64,000 nt of DNA from contig JAYZBV010000100.1 of NCBI GenBank assembly GCA_036338595.1, forward strand, positions 1 through 64,000, given 5' to 3'. Shown piece by piece: positions 59,717 through 64,000 of the stretch. Every line of letters starts with the position of its first letter. The first letter of the stretch is position 1. A program made the translations under genes and the position numbers. The notes under the pieces were generated by a model, which saw only the letters and a program-made list of their open reading frames with translations, was not told the origin of the DNA and made no database searches. The stretch comes from Planctomycetota bacterium (GTDB lineage: Bacteria; Planctomycetota; UBA8108; UBA1146).

Positions 59717-62164
59717 GTGAAATTCTTGAAATTGCAGCTTCCTGCTGGCCGCACTGCTTCTTCATCGACCCTCTATCTGCGCTTCATCCTGACATTGTTG
59801 GTCTCTCTGCAACTGCTGATGTTCAGCGGCTCTCCAACTCTGGCTCAGGACAGCGCCAGAGGGCTCTTCGGCACTGACGAAGATTTCACCATCCGCTACG
59901 ACCGTCTCGAGGCGGACATATCCACTGAAGATGGCGGCCGGTCGCTGGTCGTTCTGGGGAATGTAGTGCTGGAGGGTCTCGGCTTTTCACTGAGAGCCGA
60001 TGCGATCGGGGTCTTCATCGATGGCGTGGATCCCACCACCGGACCGGTTCACCCCAGGGTGCTGGCGATCGGCGAGGTGTTGCTGGCGCGAGGTGAGCAG
60101 TCGTTTCGAGCCAGCACGCTCTTTCTGGATGTCGATTCGCGTCAGATGGTGCTCTCGGATGCGCGACTCCGTCTGAGCCAAGCGATGGTCGAGCGGCTCA
60201 GGACCTTGCCCTTCGACGATCCGATACGAGCGAGGCTGGTGGCAGAATCGTGGGTCGCAGGTGTTTCCGAGGTGGGTGAGGTGGAATTGCCCATCTCACG
60301 TCTTGGCATCCAGGCGCGCTTGCTGCGTGTCTCGGATTTCAAGGATGTCGAGGGAGATGAGATCACCATCACCACCGATGAGTTCTTCGATCCGGAGTGG
60401 GCACTCGTCGCTCGATGGGCTCGTGCGTCATCTCGCAAGGAAATCGATCAGCGTGCGGATGAGGATCAGCCCGGTGGCTACCTCATCGAGGTGGAAGATG
60501 CACGGTTGGAAGTGGCAGGAGTCTCGGTGCTGCCCTTTTCCTCGACGATCTGGGACAGTCGCTGGGCACGCTCCTTCCCGCTGAGGGATTTACGCATCTC
60601 CGATTCGTCCAGGTTTGGCAGGCGCATCGATACCGCCTGGGATGGGGACTTGCTGCTTCCTGAGCGATTCGAAGATGAGATCGACCTGACACCACGGATC
60701 GACAATCTCTCCGATCGTGGCACCGGTCTGGGGCTCGATTTTGAACTGGGAAGGGACCCACTGAGATGGGCTCAGCAACCCGATGGGCGCCTCGAACTGT
60801 TCGCTTACGGTTCCTACTGGGGGATCCAGGATGATGCTCCGACCGATAGTGACGGAACTGCGGTTGCAGACCCTGATCGATTCCGAACCAGAGCATTCCT
60901 GCACGCTCGCCTCGGTCAGGGAACCCTGATCGACGGCGAACTCTCCAACGTCAGCGATGCGGGCTTCATCGAGGAGTTTTTCCGAGCAGAGGCGAGAACT
61001 CTCAAGTCGCCCGAGAATTTCCTCTCGCTGCGACAGGTGTTCTCGGAAGACTATGTTGCCACGGCGATGTCGCGAGTTCGACTCTCCGATCATCTTCGAG
61101 TTCTTGAGAAGAATCCGGAGTTCACCTTTCGTGCCCTCGACTCCAGTTTATTCGACGCCCTTCGATGGGACTCGGACCTGGCGCTCTCCGACATGCATCT
61201 GCTGCCAGAGGAAGGGTCGCTGGATCCTGAGCTGGAAACGAAGCGATCAGATCTTCGTGTCGAGTTCTCTATGCCGCTGGGTTTGTCGCGCTGGGTGCGC
61301 TGGGTGCCCCGGGCTGGTGCCCGCTGGACCTCCTGGAACTCCATCAATTTTGGTTCCAGGGAACGGACACAGTTTCAGGCTGGATTGCAGGGTGCCACTC
61401 GCTTTTCCCGCACCTTTGATGTCAAGAATCCTTCGTGGGGGATCGACGGACTGCGCCATGTCATCGACTTCACCGCAGGATATTCGAGCATCTTTGATAC
61501 TTCGCTGGATCTTGCAGATGTTCCGGTACAGATCGATGAGATCGATGCGCTCACTGATTTCGATGAAGTGCAGCTGTCGCTGGTACAGAGATTTCAAACT
61601 CGCGACTCTCGAACCGATCGTGAGCGGATGCAGCGTCTCGGTACGCGGACCATCGCAGAGGCAAGAGTGGATGTGTTTTATTACCCGGATGCAGATAGGG
61701 ATCATGGCGGTGTGCCGTGGGGAGATCTCTTCTCCGAGGTCGTCTTGCACGGTGGCGGTGGCTGGAGCCTGTTCGGAGAGAGTCATCATGACGTGGGTGC
61801 CGGCACCGGTCTTGAACGAAACGGTGGGGTGCGCTGGCTCGATCTCGACAAGGGGTTGCTCGAACTCGCCTGGAGAGAACGACCCGATGCACACAGAACC
61901 ATTCTGCTGGGGGGGAGAACCGCAGCTGCTGATCGGTGGGACATCGGCCTGTTTGTCGAGTACGATGCCATCAACAAGGAAGCGATCGGGCAATGGTGGG
62001 AAGTCGGACGTAACTTCCGCACTTTTCGTATGCTCTTTAGCCTCGATGTGGAGCGCGGGGATGTCGACGAAACGACCTTTCGTGTCGACATCGGGTTGCG
62101 CGAGATGATGGGAGCGTTGAGGGGGTCGAGGATCGGTGCCGCCGGCGCTGGCAGATTTCGCTGA
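59717..62164 (+). CDS. lptD: LptD-like outer-membrane assembly protein
   Basis: Signal peptide (TLA-QD); OstA-like jellyroll (GNVVL...LRAD, GEVLL...FRASTL); TT-x-x-x-x-x-P-x-W position where LptD has TTC...PxW; SDAGFIEEFF and LRHVID; long amphipathic beta-strand C-terminus. Confidence 0.7.
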   Translation: MKFLKLQLPAGRTASSSTLYLRFILTLLVSLQLLMFSGSPTLAQDSARGLFGTDEDFTIRYDRLEADISTEDGGRSLVVLGNVVLEGLGFSLRADAIGVFIDGVDPTTGPVHPRVLAIGEVLLARGEQSFRASTLFLDVDSRQMVLSDARLRLSQAMVERLRTLPFDDPIRARLVAESWVAGVSEVGEVELPISRLGIQARLLRVSDFKDVEGDEITITTDEFFDPEWALVARWARASSRKEIDQRADEDQPGGYLIEVEDARLEVAGVSVLPFSSTIWDSRWARSFPLRDLRISDSSRFGRRIDTAWDGDLLLPERFEDEIDLTPRIDNLSDRGTGLGLDFELGRDPLRWAQQPDGRLELFAYGSYWGIQDDAPTDSDGTAVADPDRFRTRAFLHARLGQGTLIDGELSNVSDAGFIEEFFRAEARTLKSPENFLSLRQVFSEDYVATAMSRVRLSDHLRVLEKNPEFTFRALDSSLFDALRWDSDLALSDMHLLPEEGSLDPELETKRSDLRVEFSMPLGLSRWVRWVPRAGARWTSWNSINFGSRERTQFQAGLQGATRFSRTFDVKNPSWGIDGLRHVIDFTAGYSSIFDTSLDLADVPVQIDEIDALTDFDEVQLSLVQRFQTRDSRTDRERMQRLGTRTIAEARVDVFYYPDADRDHGGVPWGDLFSEVVLHGGGGWSLFGESHHDVGAGTGLERNGGVRWLDLDKGLLELAWRERPDAHRTILLGGRTAAADRWDIGLFVEYDAINKEAIGQWWEVGRNFRTFRMLFSLDVERGDVDETTFRVDIGLREMMGALRGSRIGAAGAGRFR

Positions 62165-62207
62165 GCTCGTCCGACACTCTTTGTACAGCCGTGAGGAAGG
62201 GGCACCG

Positions 62208-62738
62208 ATGCATGGGCCTGCGATCTATCCCGGGACCTTTGATCCTCCTCACAAGGGGCACATGGACCTGATCCAGCGCGGCGTTCGGCTGTTTGGATCG
62301 GTCGTGGTGGCGGTCGCAGACAACCGAGAGAAGAGCACATTTTTCAGCCCCGAGGAGCGTGTCCACTGGCTCCAGCTCTGCACCGAGGCAATTCCAGCGG
62401 TGAGGGTCGTTCGATTTCAGGGTCTGGTCGTGGACCTGCTCGGGCGAGAGGGATCACGCGTGCTGCTGAGGGGAATCCGGACCTTCGCCGATTTCGAGGC
62501 GGAGTACACCATGGCGCTCACCAATCGCTCCATCTCGGCCGAGATCGAGGCGGAGACGGTATTCGTGATGCCGTCGCTGGAATACTCACACTACTCCAGC
62601 CGCCATGTGAAGGAGATCGCTTCCTTCGGAGGAGATGTCCGCTCATACCTGCCTGACCAGATCTCGAAAGAGGTTTCCAGTCGACTCGAGGAGTTGCAGG
62701 GGCCGGGCACGGTGGAATCGGGTGGTTCACAGCGGTAG
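62208..62738 (+). CDS. coaD: Phosphopantetheine adenylyltransferase
   Basis: IYPGTFDPPHKGH, LLRGIR, DFEAE, NR, ETVF and SSRHVKEIA. Confidence 0.96.
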   Translation: MHGPAIYPGTFDPPHKGHMDLIQRGVRLFGSVVVAVADNREKSTFFSPEERVHWLQLCTEAIPAVRVVRFQGLVVDLLGREGSRVLLRGIRTFADFEAEYTMALTNRSISAEIEAETVFVMPSLEYSHYSSRHVKEIASFGGDVRSYLPDQISKEVSSRLEELQGPGTVESGGSQR

Positions 62739-62822
62739 GATTCCACACCTGCGACCATCGCTGTGCCTCGGCATCGGAGCGAGGCGGAATCGAAGCGAGG
62801 TGTTGCGAGGAGGAGGGTCCAC

Positions 62823-63221
62823 ATGAGTCCGGACGAGCGAGTCCCCATCTGTATTGACAACGCCCCGGCTGCGATCGGCCCCTATTCACAGGGGATCGTG
62901 GTAGATGGCTGGGTCTATTGTTCAGGCCAGATTCCCATCATTCCGGCAGATGGCTCGGTAGCGCAGGGAATCGAAGATCAGACGCGGCAGGTTCTTGTGA
63001 ATCTTGGCCATGTGCTGTCTGCTGCCGAATGTGATTTTTCTGATGTGATCAAGACGACGGTGTACCTGGCTGACATGGCGACGTTCTCACGGATGAACGA
63101 AGTCTATGCTCAATTTTTCGAAGATCCATTTCCTGCCCGCGCATGTATCGAGGCGGCGGCACTTCCCAAGGGTGTGCAGGTTGAAATCGATGCCATCGCA
63201 AGAAAGAGAGACTCTTCTTGA
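62823..63221 (+). CDS. ridA: RidA family reactive intermediate/imine deaminase
   Basis: [22 protein letters not shown] and FPARAC...[10 protein letters not shown] (catalytic Arg). Confidence 0.93.
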   Translation: MSPDERVPICIDNAPAAIGPYSQGIVVDGWVYCSGQIPIIPADGSVAQGIEDQTRQVLVNLGHVLSAAECDFSDVIKTTVYLADMATFSRMNEVYAQFFEDPFPARACIEAAALPKGVQVEIDAIARKRDSS

Positions 63222-64000
63222 GCCAGGACCCTCCGCTGCTTGAAATCGATGACCTGCGCACCTGGTTCTACACCGACGATGGGGTTGCCAAGGCGGTCGA
63301 TGGCGTCAGTTATACCATCGGGGCCGGAAAGACCCTTGGCGTGGTAGGCGAGTCCGGTTGTGGTAAGTCCGTTACTGCCATGAGCATCCTGCAACTGGTC
63401 CCGACCCCTCCTGGGAAATATGTCGGAGGAGAGATCCGCTTTCATGGTGAGAATTTGCTCCTCCACAACGAGAAAGCGATGCGGAAAATCCGCGGTAAAG
63501 AAATATCGGTCATCTTTCAGGAGCCGATGACGAGTCTCAATCCGGTTTTCAGGGTCGGCGATCAGATAGGGGAGGCGCTTCGTCTTCACGAGGGAATGAG
63601 CCGCGCAGAAGCGAGAGTGCGATGCATCGAATTGCTCACGCAGGTTGGTATCCCTTCTCCAGAAACTCGCGTTGACGAGTACCCGCACCAGTTGTCTGGC
63701 GGCATGAAGCAGCGTGTGATGATTGCGATGGCGCTTGCTTGCAGTCCAGCGTTACTGATTGCGGATGAACCGACGACTGCCCTGGATGTGACGATCCAGG
63801 CCCAGATCCTGGATCTGTTGAGGGATCTCCAGAAGGAGAAGGGGATGGCCATCTTGCTGATCACGCACGATCTGGGAGTGGTGGCAGAGAACGCCGATGA
63901 TGTAGTCGTGATGTATGCTGGCAAGATCGTCGAGCGAGCACCCGTGGAGCAACTATTCGAGACGCCTCGCCATCCCTACACGCTTGGACTGTTTCGTTCG
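63218..64000 (+). CDS. oppD: Oligopeptide/dipeptide ABC transporter ATP-binding protein (3'-truncated by window edge; not in ORF track)
   Basis: TTG 63218 overlaps the ridA TGA; translation gives [47 protein letters not shown] and ITHDLGVV. Confidence 0.93.
   Translation, partial: MSQDPPLLEIDDLRTWFYTDDGVAKAVDGVSYTIGAGKTLGVVGESGCGKSVTAMSILQLVPTPPGKYVGGEIRFHGENLLLHNEKAMRKIRGKEISVIFQEPMTSLNPVFRVGDQIGEALRLHEGMSRAEARVRCIELLTQVGIPSPETRVDEYPHQLSGGMKQRVMIAMALACSPALLIADEPTTALDVTIQAQILDLLRDLQKEKGMAILLITHDLGVVAENADDVVVMYAGKIVERAPVEQLFETPRHPYTLGLFRS

Noticed and set aside
60957..62108. 383-aa same-strand alternative-frame ORF inside the lptD-like gene
   Set aside because: Ser/Arg/Cys-rich composition typical of an off-frame reading; no recognisable domain.
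1..64000. Mobile elements, prophage or defence systems
   Set aside because: No integrase, transposase, phage structural, restriction-modification, toxin-antitoxin or cas motifs were recognised, and no obvious compositional island was seen.

Overview
A gene-dense, GC-rich (about 60% by eye) bacterial chromosome segment of about 50 CDSs, mostly housekeeping. No rRNA, tRNA, CRISPR array, transposase or prophage gene was recognisable. Several signatures point to a diderm Planctomycetota-like organism (inference): an ECF sigma of the LRRRxDPSD type beside a DWG-type Ser/Thr kinase, the Der GRRNAGKS P-loop, alpha/alpha-toroid and carboxypeptidase-regulatory-repeat proteins, and LpxL-like and LptD-like genes. 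In order, the window holds: the end of a heme-copper oxidase cluster (two subunit III paralogues, subunit IV, a DUF3179 protein, heme O synthase); an Rrf2-sufBCDSUT Fe-S operon; an OpgC-like acyltransferase and M14 peptidase; aroA-mnmG-hotdog-NUDIX-der-ruvC-infA-M28; acs; a secreted toroid protein; ahcY; aceE; Trm112-like; sfsA; M42 peptidase; a divergent kinase/ECF pair; a Kgd/OdhA-type E2-E1 fusion; rnd; an atypical radical SAM enzyme; DUF481; lpxL-like; purC; purE; DCC1-like; mtnA; comEC; three large uncharacterised exported proteins; lptD-like; coaD; ridA; and a truncated peptide ABC ATPase. No new system can be proven from sequence alone. The best leads are: (i) AceE plus Kgd with a kinase/ECF pair between them; (ii) an Rrf2 regulator that appears to need a non-canonical ATC start; (iii) an orphan CX8CX2C radical SAM enzyme; (iv) the exported-protein cluster upstream of lptD; (v) a switch-like ahcY leader with no recognisable known riboswitch. 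Family assignments come from motif recognition by eye, not database searches. Many start sites were moved from the ORF track using RBS position and family N-termini.
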